A stretch of 64,000 nucleotides of DNA from the NCBI GenBank assembly GCA_038087875.1, contig CM075997.1, positions 4,280,001 to 4,344,000 of the forward strand, in the 5' to 3' direction. The stretch is from Malacoraja senta (taxonomy: Eukaryota). Below the pieces are notes generated by a model. The model did no database searches. It was given only the letters and a program-made list of their open reading frames with translations, and was not told where the DNA came from. The position numbers and the translations under genes were made by a program. Shown here in pieces: positions 38,170-50,215 of the stretch (position 1 is the stretch's first letter; the number at the start of each line of letters is the position of its first letter).

Positions 38170-38830
38170 CAGCATAATGGCGCAGCGGTAGAGTTGCTGC
38201 CTTACTACGCCACAGACCCAGGTTCGATCCTGACTACGGGTGCTGTCTGTACGGAGTTTGTACGTTCTCCCCGTGACCACGTGGGTTTTCTCCGAGATCT
38301 TCGGTTTCCTCCCACACTCCAAAGACGTGCAGGTTTGTAGGTTAATTGGCTTGGTAAATGTAAAAATTGTCCCTAGTGTGCTGGATAGTGCTAGTATATG
38401 GGGTGATCGCTGGTCGGTGGGGACTCGGTGGGCCGAAGGGCCTGTTTCCATGCTGTATATTCCAATTCTTGAAAAGCCTGGATAGAGTGGGATGTGGAGA
38501 GGATGTTTCCACTGGTGGGAGAGTCTAGGACCAGAGGTCACAGCCTCAGAATAAAAGGACGTTCCTTTAGGAAGGAGATGAGGAGAAATTTGTCTAGTCA
38601 GAGGGTGGTGAATCTGTGGAATTCATTGCCACAGAAGGCTGTGGACGCCAAGTCAGTGGATATTTTTAAGGCAGAGATAGATAGATTCTTGATTAGTACG
38701 GGTGTCAGGGGTTATGGGGAGAAGGCAGGTTTATGGGGTTAAGAGGGAAAGATAGATCAGCCATGATTGAATGGCGGAGGAGACTTGATGGGCCGAATGG
38801 CCTCATTCTGCTTCCATCACTCATGAACAT
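38170..38830 (+). mobile_element. V-SINE (38170-38458) followed by a CR1 3' fragment (38473-38830)
   Basis: A/B boxes and V-domain; ORF 38494-38742 ERMFPLVGESRTRGHSL. Confidence 0.88.
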
Positions 38831-39134
38831 AAATTTATGAATTCAATTCAATTCTCTTATCTTCCTGTACATAATCCATACCCTCCATTCCCTGCGTATA
38901 CGTGCCTATCCAAAAGCCTCTTAAACGCCACTATCAGATTTAGATTTAGATATTTATTTGTTGTCGTTTGAACCTATCTGCCACCAGCCCTGACAGCGTG
39001 TTCCAGGCACCCACCACCCTCTGTGTTCAAAAGAGTTTGCCCTGCACAACTACTTTCAATGTTGCCCCTCTCACCTTAACGCAATGCCCTCTAGTATTTG
39101 ATATTTCCATCCTGGGAAAACTGACTGTCTGACT

Positions 39135-40575
39135 GGATTATCAGTGACAGGATCGGTCGGAGTCAGCATGGATTTACGAAGGGGAAATCATGCTCGACTA
39201 ATCTTCTGGAATTTTCTGAGGATGTAACTAGGAAAATGGACGAAGGGGAGCCAGTGGATGCAGTGTACCTGGGACTTTCAGAAAACCTTTGATAAGGTCC
39301 CACGTAGGAGATTAGTGGGCAAAATTAGAGCACATGGTATTGGGGGTTCATTGGCTGACATGGGTAGAAAATTGGTTGGCAGACAGGAAACAAAGAGTAG
39401 GGATTAACGGGTCCCTTTCAGAATGGCAGGCAGTGACTAGTGGGGTACCGCAAGGCTCGGTGCTGGGACCGCAGCTATTTACAATATACATCATGATTCA
39501 GATGAGGGGATTGGGTGTAACATTAGCAAATTTGCAGATGACACAAAGCTGGGTGACAGTGTGAACTGTGAGGAGGATGCTATGAGGATGCAGGGTGACT
39601 TGGACAGGTTGGGTGAGTGGGCAGATGCATGGCAGATGCAGTTTAATGTGGATAAATGTGAGGTTATCCACTTTGGTAGCAAAAACACGAAGGCAGATTA
39701 TTACCTCAATGGTGTCATGTTAGGAAAAGGGGAAGTACAACGGGATCTGGGGGTTCATTGTTCATTGGTCAATGAAAGTAAGCATGCAGGTACAGCATGC
39801 AGTGAAGAAAGTTAATGGCATGTTGGCCTTCAAAACAAGAGGGAGTTGAGTATAGGAGCAAAGAGGTCCTTCTGCAGTTGTACAGGGCCCTAGTGAGACC
39901 ACACCTGGAGTATTGTTTGCAGTTTTGGTCCCCTAATTTGAGGAAGGACAGTCTTGCTATTGAGGGAGTGCAGCGTAGGTTTACAAGGTTAATTCCTGGG
40001 ATGGCGGGGACTGTCATATGTTGAAAGAATGGAGCGGCTGGGCTTGTACACTCTGGAAGTTTAGAAGGATGAGAGGCAATCTCATTGAAACATATAAGAT
40101 TATCAAGGGATTGGACACACTAGAGGCAGGAAACATGTTCCTGATGTTGGGGGAATCCAGAACCAGGGCCACAGTGTAAGAATAAGGGGTAAGCCGTTTT
40201 GAACGGAGATGAAGAAAACCCTTTTTCACCCAGAGAGTTGTGAATCTGTGGAATTCTCTGCCACAGAATGCAGTGGAGGCCAATTCACCAGATGTTTTCA
40301 AGAGAGAGTTAGATAGAGCTTCTTCAACGTTTCGGGACTGAAGAAGGGCCTCGGCCCGAAGCGTTGCCTATTTCCTTCACTCCATAGATGCTGCCTCACC
40401 CGCTGAGTTTCTCCAGCATTTTTATCGTACGTTAGATAGAACAGGATCAAGGGATATAGGGAGAAGGCAGGAACGGGGTACTGATTTTGGATGATCAGCC
40501 ATGATCATATTGAATGGCGGTGCTGGCTCGAAGGGCCGAATTGGTTTACTCCTGCACCTATTGTCTATGTTTCTA
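39135..40575 (+). mobile_element. CR1 LINE, longest RT remnant in the window, multiply frameshifted
   Basis: QHGF.KGKSC.TNLLEF, GVPQGSVLGP, KFADDTKL, RPHLEYC; interrupted at ~40320-40430 by a hammerhead-bearing Penelope repeat. Confidence 0.93.
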
Positions 40576-41098
40576 CAAGTTGCTATGAATCAGAGATCAC
40601 TCTTGTTTCATGTGTGGCAATATGTGCCGTCAGATCAAGGGCTCGGGGAGCTGTGGACCGATAGATTCTTATTTAATATTTTGATGAATTTTCACCACGG
40701 TGGCGGGGACTATCGCTCTATGTTATACATGGGTGTTTATGAACCGGGCCCTGCTGCCGAAATGTAATAAAATATTCATTGTGCCAGTGTGCTCCGATTG
40801 AGAGCTTGCTGCAGGGTGACAATTGCAAATTGCAGGGACTGCTGGTGTTCACGAGACTGGAATCTGTCCCCTAGTAAGCTGTCACTTTGTAGTGCTGTTC
40901 GATCCAGACGGATTCTCTCCCTTGAGCACACTCTTGAGCAGAATCTGAACTGCTCGCTCTGACTGCCTCCGCCATCCAAGGCTAAGGGCTACACTATAAG
41001 GAAATGTATGTATCAGATACGGGTCTGCGATCATTAGCGATGCAGCCATTAGCTTGGAGAGGTGCCAAGGTACCAACCACATTGTTTTGGGGATAGAC

Positions 41099-41478
41099 CA
41101 TAGAAACATAGAAAATAGGTGCAGGAGTAGGCCATTCGGCCCTTCGAGCCTGCACCGCCATTCAATATGATCATGGCTGATCATCCAACTCAGTATCCTG
41201 TACCTGCCTTCTCTCCATACCCCCTGATCCCTTTAGCCACAAGGGCCACATCTAACTCCCTCTTAAATATAGTCAATGAACTGGCCTCAACTACTTTCTG
41301 TGGCAGAGAATTCCACACTCACCACTCTCTGTGTGAAAAAAAAAATTCTCATCTCGGTCCTAAAAGACTTCCCCCTTATCCTTAAACTGTGACCCCTTGT
41401 TCTGGACTTCCCCAACATTGGGAACAATCTTCCTGCATCTAGCCTGTCCAACCCCTTAAGAATTTTGTAAATTTCTAT
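41099..41478 (-). mobile_element. CR1 3' fragment (young subfamily)
   Basis: Near-identical to 12930-13310. Confidence 0.92.
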
Positions 41479-41706
41479 ATGTAGACCATTGATTACTTCT
41501 TCCTTGATCCTCATCTCCTTTGATGTCTCATTTTCACACCATGCCCTTCCTTATCTCTGTGGCCCCCTCTCCCCTGATGCTCAGTCTGAAGAAGGGACTC
41601 GACCTGAAATGTCACCCCTTCCTTCCATGCTGCCTGTCCCGCTGAGTTACTCCAGCATTTTGTGTCTATTGGGTATAGCGGTTGGGATTTGATGTTACTG
41701 TTGTAT

Positions 41707-42005
41707 GGGTGGCGCAGCGGTAGAGTTGCTGCCTTGCAGCGCTGGAGTCCCGGGTTCGATCCCGACCACGGGTACTTGTCTGAACGGAGTTTGTACGTTT
41801 TCCCCGTGACCTGCGTGGGTTTTCTCTGAGATCTTCGGTTTCCTCCCACACTCCAAAGACGTACAGGTTTGGAGGTTAATTGCCTTGGTATAAATGGAAA
41901 TTGCCCCTAGTGCGTGTAGGATAGTGTTAGTGTGCGGGGATCGCTGGTCGGCGCGGACTCAGTGGGCCAAATGGGGCCTGTTGCCGCTCTGTATGTCTAA
42001 ACTAA
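41707..42005 (+). mobile_element. tRNA-derived V-SINE (HE1-like)
   Basis: TGGCGCAGCGG and GGTTCGATCCC boxes, V-domain, tail. Confidence 0.88.
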
Positions 42006-42179
42006 ACAAAAAAGACATGGGTGAAGCCACGTTTGTGCTCTGTGTATAGTTGTGGCAATTTGATATAAAAGGATGTCATGAAGCTGGGAAAGAGGTTCTG
42101 CCTCTCCATCCTGTCTTTACCTCAAATAATTTTTGCACATCTCTATCAGGTTACCCCGCAACCTCTGATGCTCCAGAGC

Positions 42180-42551
42180 CAGGGGCAGGGAACCTTTACA
42201 TGTTGGAATGCAGCATTAAGTTAGCTGTAATCTAATAAGGCCGCTTCTACGAAACTTCAATTAGATATACTTCAAAATGTACGTTATTTTGTAAAAATAG
42301 CCCTCATGACTTACTAATGTTTTATTTGTGGCTGTCAGTCGGGGAGGATTATTTTGTTGAATCTTCTTTTACTCTTTGGTATTTTAAATACGTTCAGTTT
42401 AAGATTAAAATAAAAATAATAAATGATGAACAAAAACATATTATTAATAATAAACGGATTTGTTCCACAAAATTTGGATTAATTCGAAAGGCCGCACTTG
42501 ATGGCCTAGAAGGCCGCATGCAGCCTTAAGGCCGCAGATTCCCCACCCCTG
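42180..42551. mobile_element. hAT (Charlie-like) MITE
   Basis: TIRs CAGGGGCAGGGAA / TTCCCCACCCCTG; 8-bp flanks CTCCAGAG (42171-42178) and CTCTAGAG (42552-42559) fit the hAT-Charlie NTCTAGAN target. Confidence 0.85.
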
Positions 42552-44927
42552 CTCTAGAGTAAACAATCCAAGTTTGTCCAACCTATTTTTGTAGCTTATA
42601 CCCCCCCCCCCCCATATTATGAGCTGGGTCTGAAGAAGGGTCTCAACCCAAAATGTTACCTATTCCCTTCTCTCCAGAGATGCTGCCTGATCTGCTGTTA
42701 CTCCAGCATTTTGTGTCTATCCACCATTTTGTGTCCATCTTCGGTGAAAACTAGCATCTCCACTTCCTTCCCACACAAAGGTTTGATTCATAAGTTCATA
42801 AGTGATAGGAGCAGAATTACGCCATTCGGCCCAATAAGTCTACTCCGCCATTCAATCATGGCTGATCTATCTCTCCCTCTCAACCCCATTCTTCTGCCTT
42901 CTCCCCATAACCCCTGACACCCGCACTGATCAAGAATCTATCTATCTCTGCATTAAAAATATCCACTGACTTGGCCTCCACAGCCGTCTGTGGCAATGAA
43001 TTCCACAGATTCCCTCTGACTAGACAAATTTCTCCTCATCTCCTTCCTAAAGGAAAGTTCTTTTATTCTGAGGCTGTGACCTCTAGTCCTAGACTCTCCC
43101 ACCAGTGGAAACATCCTCTCCACATCCACTCTATCCAGGGTTTTCAATAATTGATATATGCAGCGTGGAAACAGGCCCTTCGGCCCACTGAGTCCGCACC
43201 GACCAGCGATCACCCCGTATACTAGCACCGCCCAGCACACTTGGGACAAGTTACAAGTTTACCAAAGCCAAATTCCTCTGCACCTCCTTCCTAAAGGAAC
43301 GTCCTTTTATTCTGAGGCTGTGCCCTCTGGTCCGAGACTCTCCCACTAGTGGATATCCATGGATAGGACAGGTTTGGAGGCATATGGACCAGATGCGGAC
43401 AGGTGGGACTTGTGAAGCTGGAACATGTTGGCCGGTGTGGGCAAGTTGGGCCGATGGGCCTGTTTTTCCACACTGCATCACTCTGTGACTCTAGTGGAAT
43501 CATCCTCTCCACATCCACTCCATCCGGGCCTTTCACTATTTGGTAACGTTGGTTCCAGGTTTGAAGGGGTTACCTTGTGAGGAAAGATGAAACAGATTTT
43601 CTTTCCGCTCTCCAGGGTTCTGAAGCATAGCCGCTGATGTGATTACAACTTTCAAGATGCTGAGAGGACTTGACAGGGTGGATGCTGAGGGGATGCTTCC
43701 ACAGTGGGGGAAATCCAGAGACAGGCGGTATATCCTCTAGATTACGAGGTCCCATTTACGAAGGAGATGAGGAGGAATTTCCTCTCTCAAAGCGAAGTGA
43801 ATCTTTGGAATTCACTGCGGCAGAGAGCTGTGGAGGCCGAGTCAATAAATCTATTCAAGGCCACGATAGATTTCTAGACTGAGGGATCAGGCAGGAAGGA
43901 GGAAAGATTGGCTGTGATGTTATTGAATGTTGAAGGAGCCTCAGGAGGTTGCCTGGGCTATTCCTGCTATGATACCTTATGTTTTTTTACATGGCCAAAA
44001 GCTTCAGCAAGGGGCACTGCAGAAGAGGAGAGATTTGGTTTAGACGATAGACAATAGGTGCAGGAGTAGGCCATTCGGCCCATCGAGCAAGCACCGCCAT
44101 TCAATGTGATCATGGCTGATCATCCCCAATCAGTACCCCGTTCCTGCCTTCTCCCCATATCCCCTGACTCCGCTATTTTTAAGAGCCCTATCTAGCTCTC
44201 TCGAGAAAGCATCCAGAGAACCGGCCTCCACCGCCCTCTGAGGCAGAGATTTCCACAGACTCACCACTCTCTGAGAGAAAAAGTGTTTCCTCGTCTCCGT
44301 TCTTAGTTTGGCGTGGAGAGATATAGCGCGGGAAACCCTTCGGCCCACCGAGTTCATGCCGACCCGCTTGCTAACACAATACTACACACATCCGGGACAA
44401 TATACAATCTTACCAAAGTCATTGACCTCCAAACTTTGGAGTGTGGAGGGAAACTGAATATCTCGGGGAAAACCTACGCGGGTCACAGGGAGAACGTACA
44501 AACTCCGTACAGACAGCACCCGTAGTCAGGATGGAACCTGGGTCTCTGGCGCTGTGAGGCAGCAACTCTACCGCTGCGCCACCGTGCCGCCTATTCTGTA
44601 GATTGTAAATTGTCCCTAGTGTGCGTAGGATCGTTCTAGGTGATCGCTGGTCGGCGCGGACTCGGTGGGCCGAAGGGCTTGTTTCCACGCTGTATCTCTA
44701 CAGTCTTAAGCTGCCATCCTGCCCGTATCCCGGCAGCTACTGGGAGCAGCCAAGTGGCACCTGGCACGCTGAGAAGGGTGCCAGCCACATGCCCAACCAT
44801 CTGCTGCAGTCTCAGGTGTAACCTGCATTGAGAGATGGACTCTTTACGTTTAAAACAACAAACTCGCCTGGTTCAGAAACGTCACCCATGGCTTCTCTCC
44901 AGAGATGCTGCATGTCCCGCTGAGTTA

Positions 44928-45234
44928 CGGGCCTGTCCCACTTGGAGATTCTTTAGGCGACTGCCGGCGACAGTCATAGACAATAGGTGCAAGAGTAGGC
45001 CAACCTACGTCACCCTGGCGACAACCTACGTCAGGAGAAGTCAAGCTGCGCTCATTGGCGTCAAACCCACTGTCGCCGAAAATATTTAAACGTTGAAAAT
45101 TTAGCAGCGACCAGAAAGACGCTACGACTTTTAGCGCGACTGAGGAGCCTACACCCAGCGACCACCGGCGAACTTGTGGCGACAGACTAGTCGCCTGTAG
45201 TTGCCCAAAAAAACGCCTAACTGGGACAGGCCCA
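44928..45234. mobile_element. PIF/Harbinger-type MITE, subfamily C
   Basis: TIRs GGGCCTGTCCCA / TGGGACAGGCCC; splits GCTGAG-TTA-CTCCAGC (TTA 44925-44927, TTT 45235-45237). Confidence 0.85.
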
Positions 45235-46081
45235 TTTCTCCAGCTTTTCTATAATTGGTGTAGATAGGTCATCTTGGTCGGCATGGACAAGCCGGGCCGA
45301 AGGGCCCGTTTCTGTGCTGTGTGAATCTATGACTCTAAACTGCATTATGTGATTGGGCTTGAAACATTATGTTTTAGGTGGAGGGTGGTGAATCTGTGGA
45401 GTTCTTTGCCACAGAAGGCTGTGGAGGCCTAGTCAATGGATATAGGCAGAGATTGATAGATTCTTGATTAGTTTGGGTGTCAGGGGTTATGGGGAGAAGG
45501 CAGGAGAATGGGGTTAGGAGGGAAAGATAGATCAGCCATGATTGAATGGCGGAGTAGACTTGATGGGCCGAATGGCCTAATTCTGCTCCTATCACTTATG
45601 ACCTTATGAACTTATGAAGATAAAAAGGAAGGCAGATAGAGTGATACAGCACGGACACAGGCCCTTCAGCCCAACTTGCCCACACCGGCCAACCAGTCCC
45701 ATCTACACTAGTCCCACCTGCCTGCGTTTGGCCCATATCCCCTTAAACCCGTCCTATCCATGTAACGTTGGGATAGTCCCAGCCTCAACTACCTCCTCTG
45801 GCAGCTCGTTCCATACACCCACCACCCTTTGTGTGAAAAAGTTACCCCTCAGGTTCCTATTAAATCTTTACCCCCTCAGCTTAAACCGATGTTCTCGATT
45901 CCCCTACTCAGGGCAAGATATAGCGCAGAGATCGTCCCTTCGGCCCACCGAGTGCGTGCTGGAATCTTGTACAATAAACACGGGGATGGAAGAATCCAGC
46001 AAGCCAGTCGGCATCTCTGAAAGGAACTCGACGTTTCGGGCCCAGCCCCTTAATCAGGACTGGGAGGGAAGGAGAACAATT

Positions 46082-46383
46082 GGGCGGCACGGTGGCGCAG
46101 CGGTAGAGTTGCTGCCTTACAGCGCTTACACGCCAGAGACCCCGGTTCGATCCCAACTACGGGTGCTGTCTGTACGGAGTTTGCATGTTCTCCCTGTGAC
46201 CTGCGTGGGTTTTCTCCGAGATCTCCGGTTTCCTCCCACACTCCAAAGACGTGCAGGTTTGTAGGTTAATTGGCTTGGTATGAGTGTAAATTGTCCCTAG
46301 TGTGTGTGGGATAGTATTAGTGTGTGGGGATCGCTGGTCGGTGGGCCGAAGGGCTTGTTTCCATGCTGTATCTCTGAACTAAA
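46082..46383 (+). mobile_element. tRNA-derived V-SINE (HE1-like), full length
   Basis: A box TGGCGCAGCGG 46093-46103, B box GGTTCGATCCC 46144-46154, V-domain, CR1/HER1-like tail. Confidence 0.92.
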
Positions 46384-46957
46384 GATTGGGTGAAAGGAGG
46401 GGGGAGAGGGAGATAGAGGCTGGTAGGTGATCAGTGGAACTAGATGGTGTTGGATGAGGGGCAGATGTGACCATATCAGGGGACGGAATTGATTGATGGA
46501 AACAGGCCCTTCGGCCCACCGAGTCCATTCTGACCATCGATCACCCGTTTACACTAGTTCTATGTTATCCCACTCCTTCCACACTGGAGGAACTTTACAG
46601 ACAAGCCTGCATGTCTCTGGGATGCGAGAGGAAACTGGAGTCACAGTGAGAACGTGCCAACTCCACACAGACATCACCCGAGGTCAGGATCGAACCCGGG
46701 TCCCTGGCGCGGTGATGTAGCAGTTCTAGTAGCTGTGCCACAGTGGGAAGGGTGAGGAAGGCTTAGTTTAGGTTAGAGATACAGCGTGGTAACAGGCCCT
46801 TCGGCCCACCCAGTCCACGCTGACCAGCGATCACCCATTCATCCTAGTTCTATGTTATTCCCACTTTCACCTCCACTCCCTACACACTAGGGGGGCAATT
46901 TACAGAGGGACGATTAACTTCCGAATCTGCACCTCTTTGGGATGCGGGAGGAAACCG

Positions 46958-47448
46958 GAGCAGCGTAGGTTTACAAGGTTAATTCCCGGGATGGCGGGAC
47001 TGTCATACGCTGAGAGAATGGAGCGGCTGGGCTTGTACACTCTGGAGTTTAGAAGGATGAGAGGGGTTCTCATTGAAACATATAAGATTGTTAAGGGGTT
47101 GGACACGCTAGAGGCAGGAAACATGCTCCCGATGTTGGGGGAGTCCAGAACCAGGGGCCACAGTTTAAGAATAAGGGGTGAGCCATTTAGAAAGGAGACG
47201 AGGAAACATTTTTTCTCACAGAGAGTGGTGAGTCTGTGGAATTCTCTGCCTCAGAGGGCAGTGGAGGCCGGTTCTCTGGATGCTTTCAAGAGAGAGCTAG
47301 ATAGGGCTCTTAAAAATAGCGGAGTCAGGGGATATGGGGAGAAGGCAGGAACGGGGTACTGATTGGGGATGATCAGCCATGATCACATTGAATGGCGGTG
47401 CTGGCGCGAAGGGCCGCATGGCCTACTCCTGCACCTATTGTCTATTGT
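46958..47448 (+). mobile_element. CR1 3' fragment
   Basis: ORF 46937-47362; (TATTGTC)n tail; nested in a minus-strand SINE. Confidence 0.93.
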
Positions 47449-47959
47449 CACCCGGAGGAAACCCACATGACCACAGGGAGAACGTGCATACTCCGCACAG
47501 ACAGCACCCGAGGTCAGGATCGAAGCAGGGTCACTGGCGGTGTGAGGCAGCAGCTCTACCCGCTGCCCCACTGTGCCACCCCTTAAGGAAAAGAAAACTA
47601 GTTGGACAGCTGGGTGGGTGGAGAACTCCGGGAGTGTGGGTTACCTGCGATTGGGAAATTCAAGTGTCAGAAGGAACTGCAGGTGATGGTTTAAACTGAA
47701 GACAGACACAAAAAGCTGGAGTAACTCAGTGGGACAGGCGGCATCGCTGGAGACAAGGAATGGGCGACATTTCGGGTCGAGACCCTTCGATTGGAAAATT
47801 CAACATTTATCTTATGGATAGCTACCCCCATGTTTGGGACCATTCTCTGTTAGGTGCAGGAAGGAACTGCAGATGTGTAGGGAGGAACTGCAGATGCTGG
47901 TTTAAATCGAAGATAGACAGAAAATGCAGGAGTAACTCAGCGGGGCTAGGATTAGGGAT

Positions 47960-48345
47960 CCGGTGGCTCAGCACTTCAACTCCCCCTCCCATTCCGTATC
48001 TGACCTCTCTGTCCTGGGTCTCCTCCATGGCCACAGCGAGCAACACCGTAAATTGGAGGAAATGCACCTCATATTCCGCTTGGGCAGTCTACATCCTGGG
48101 GGCTTGGACATTGAATTCTCCCAATTCTGCTAGCCCTTGCTGTCCCCTCCCCTTCATCAGCCATCTGGTTGTCTCCTCACCTCCCCCAGCCCTCGGGCTC
48201 CTCCTCCACCTTTTTCCTTTTTTCCTTTCTTCTCCCCACCCCCTATCAGTCTGAAGAAGGGTTTCGGCCCGAAACGTTACCTATTTCCTTCGCTCCATAG
48301 ATGCTGCTGCACCCGCTGAGTTTCTCCAGCATTTTTGTGTACCTA
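47960..48345 (+). mobile_element. Penelope-like 3' end: degraded GIY-YIG segment plus hammerhead repeat (type B)
   Basis: PVAQHFNS / KLEE.HLIFRLGSL remnants; CTGAAGAAGGGTTTCGGCCCGAAACGTT at 48251-48278. Confidence 0.8.
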
Positions 48346-49009
48346 GGATTAGGGTTTGCCAGGTTTAGAGGGATCTGGGCCAAACGCAGGCAAACGCAAC
48401 TGGTGTAGATGGGGAAGGGTCTTGACACGTAACGTCACCCCTTCCTTCTCTCCAGAGATGCTGCCTGTCCCGCTGAGTCACTCCAGCGTTTTGTGTCTAC
48501 CTTTGGTGTAGATGGGGCATCTTGGTCAGCATTGACAAGGCCCCGTGTCTGTGCTGTGTGACTAAAGATGTGCCTTAACGATGAAACCTCCATTCAGTCT
48601 TGGCATCAATGGTTGCTTTGATATTTCTGATGCTGCCGTGTGGGTGACTCAGTACCCTGCGAGCACAGATAATGGACTGCCCTGTGCCATAATGCAAGAT
48701 TTTTGTTTTTAGATGAGTTCCACTGATATTAATTATAAGAAGAGGCTCTTGAAATGCATTAGAGACCGCCAGCGATGGACTGGAAAATGAAAACATGCCC
48801 TCGCACAGCTAACTAACCTCCTACCTGATGGATATTAATGAAGAACACTCTGTAATGGTGCTGTTGATGAAGATGGGGGGGGGAGGGGGGTGCGTGAGAT
48901 GCGGAGGTGGGAGTGAACGACTCTAGGCACAGGGCAGATCCTCAACGTGTTCTGAATTTCTGAAATTGAAACGCATACACTCCAGCTCTGGTAGACGGGG
49001 CCTTCATGC

Positions 49010-49990
49010 AGGTGCATGGTTCCTTGAAGGTGCAGTCGCAGGTAGATAAGGTGGTCAAAACGTTTTTTGGCATCAATCAGAGTGTAGAAGTTGGGAGGCC
49101 ATGTTGCAGTTGTATCAGATGTTGGTGAGGCCACATTTAGAGCATTGAGTTCAGTTCTGGGTGCCGTGTTGTAGAAAATATGTTGTCAAGCTAGAAACAT
49201 GGAAAACAGATGCAGGAGTAGGCCATTCGGCCCTTCGAGCCAGCACCGCCATTCAATATGATCATGGCTGATCATCCAGAATCAGTACCCCGTTCCTGCT
49301 TTCTCCCCATATCCCTTGATTCCGTTAACCCTAAGAGTTAGATCTAACTCTCTCTTGAAAACATCCAGTGAATTGGCCACCACCGCCTTCTGTGGCAGAG
49401 AATTCCACAGATTCACAACTCTCCGGCTGAAAAAGTTTTTCCTCATCTCAGTCCTAAATGGCCTACCCCTTATTCTTAAAACGTGACCCCTGGTTCTGGA
49501 CTCCCCCAACATCAGGAACATTTTTCCTGCATCTAGCCTGTCCAATCCCTTAAGAATTCTATATGTTTCTATAAGATCCCATCTCATCCTTCTAAATTCC
49601 AGTGAATATAAGCTCAGTCGATCCATTCTTTCATCATATATCAGTCCCGCCATCCCGGGAATTAAAAAGGGCGCAGAGAAGATTTACGAGGATGTTGCCA
49701 GGACTAGAGGGTCTGAGCTATAGGGAGAGGTTGTGAAGGCTGTGACTCTATTCCTTGGAGGGCAGGAGGTTGAAGGGTGATCTTATAGAGGTGTAAAAAA
49801 TCATTAAAGGAATAGATCGGGTGGATGCACAGAGTCTCTTGCCCAGAGTAGGGGAATCGAGGACCAGAGGACATAGGTTCAAGGTGAAGGGGAAAAGATT
49901 TAACAGGAATCTGAGGGGTAACTTTTTCCCACAAAGGGTGCCAGAGGAGGTAGTTGAGGCTGGGACTATCCCAGCATTTAAGGAACAGTT
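49010..49990. mobile_element. Plus-strand HER1-type CR1 fragment interrupted by a minus-strand CR1 (49192-49664)
   Basis: ORFs 49282-49653 (minus) and 49821-50048 (plus). Confidence 0.85.
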
Positions 49991-49991
49991 A

Positions 49992-50214
49992 AGGGCGATT
50001 TTTTTCGGCGACTGCCGGCGTCATATCAGTGTCGCCAAAAGATTTTGAACATTTCAAAATCCAGCGGCAACAAAAAAATGTTGCGTCACTTGAAAAAACC
50101 ACCGTGCGTTAATACGTCATCATACCGCGTCACGCCGCAAATTTTTCGGTGACCCGAAACATCAGTCAATGATGCTGGCAGTCGCCGAAAAAATCGGCAA
50201 GTGGGACAGGCCCT
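49992..50214. mobile_element. PIF/Harbinger-type MITE, subfamily B (left TIR partly deleted)
   Basis: Internal match to 24764-25020 and 56833-57036; right TIR AAGTGGGACAGGCCCT followed by TTA. Confidence 0.8.
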
Positions 50215-50215
50215 T

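Noticed and set aside
39135..40575. Programmed frameshifting in the long CR1
   Set aside because: Scattered 1-bp indels fit decay or sequencing error; no slippery site with a downstream structure was seen
46082..46160. tRNA gene
   Set aside because: A/B boxes belong to a SINE head that continues into the V-domain; no complete cloverleaf; many degenerate copies
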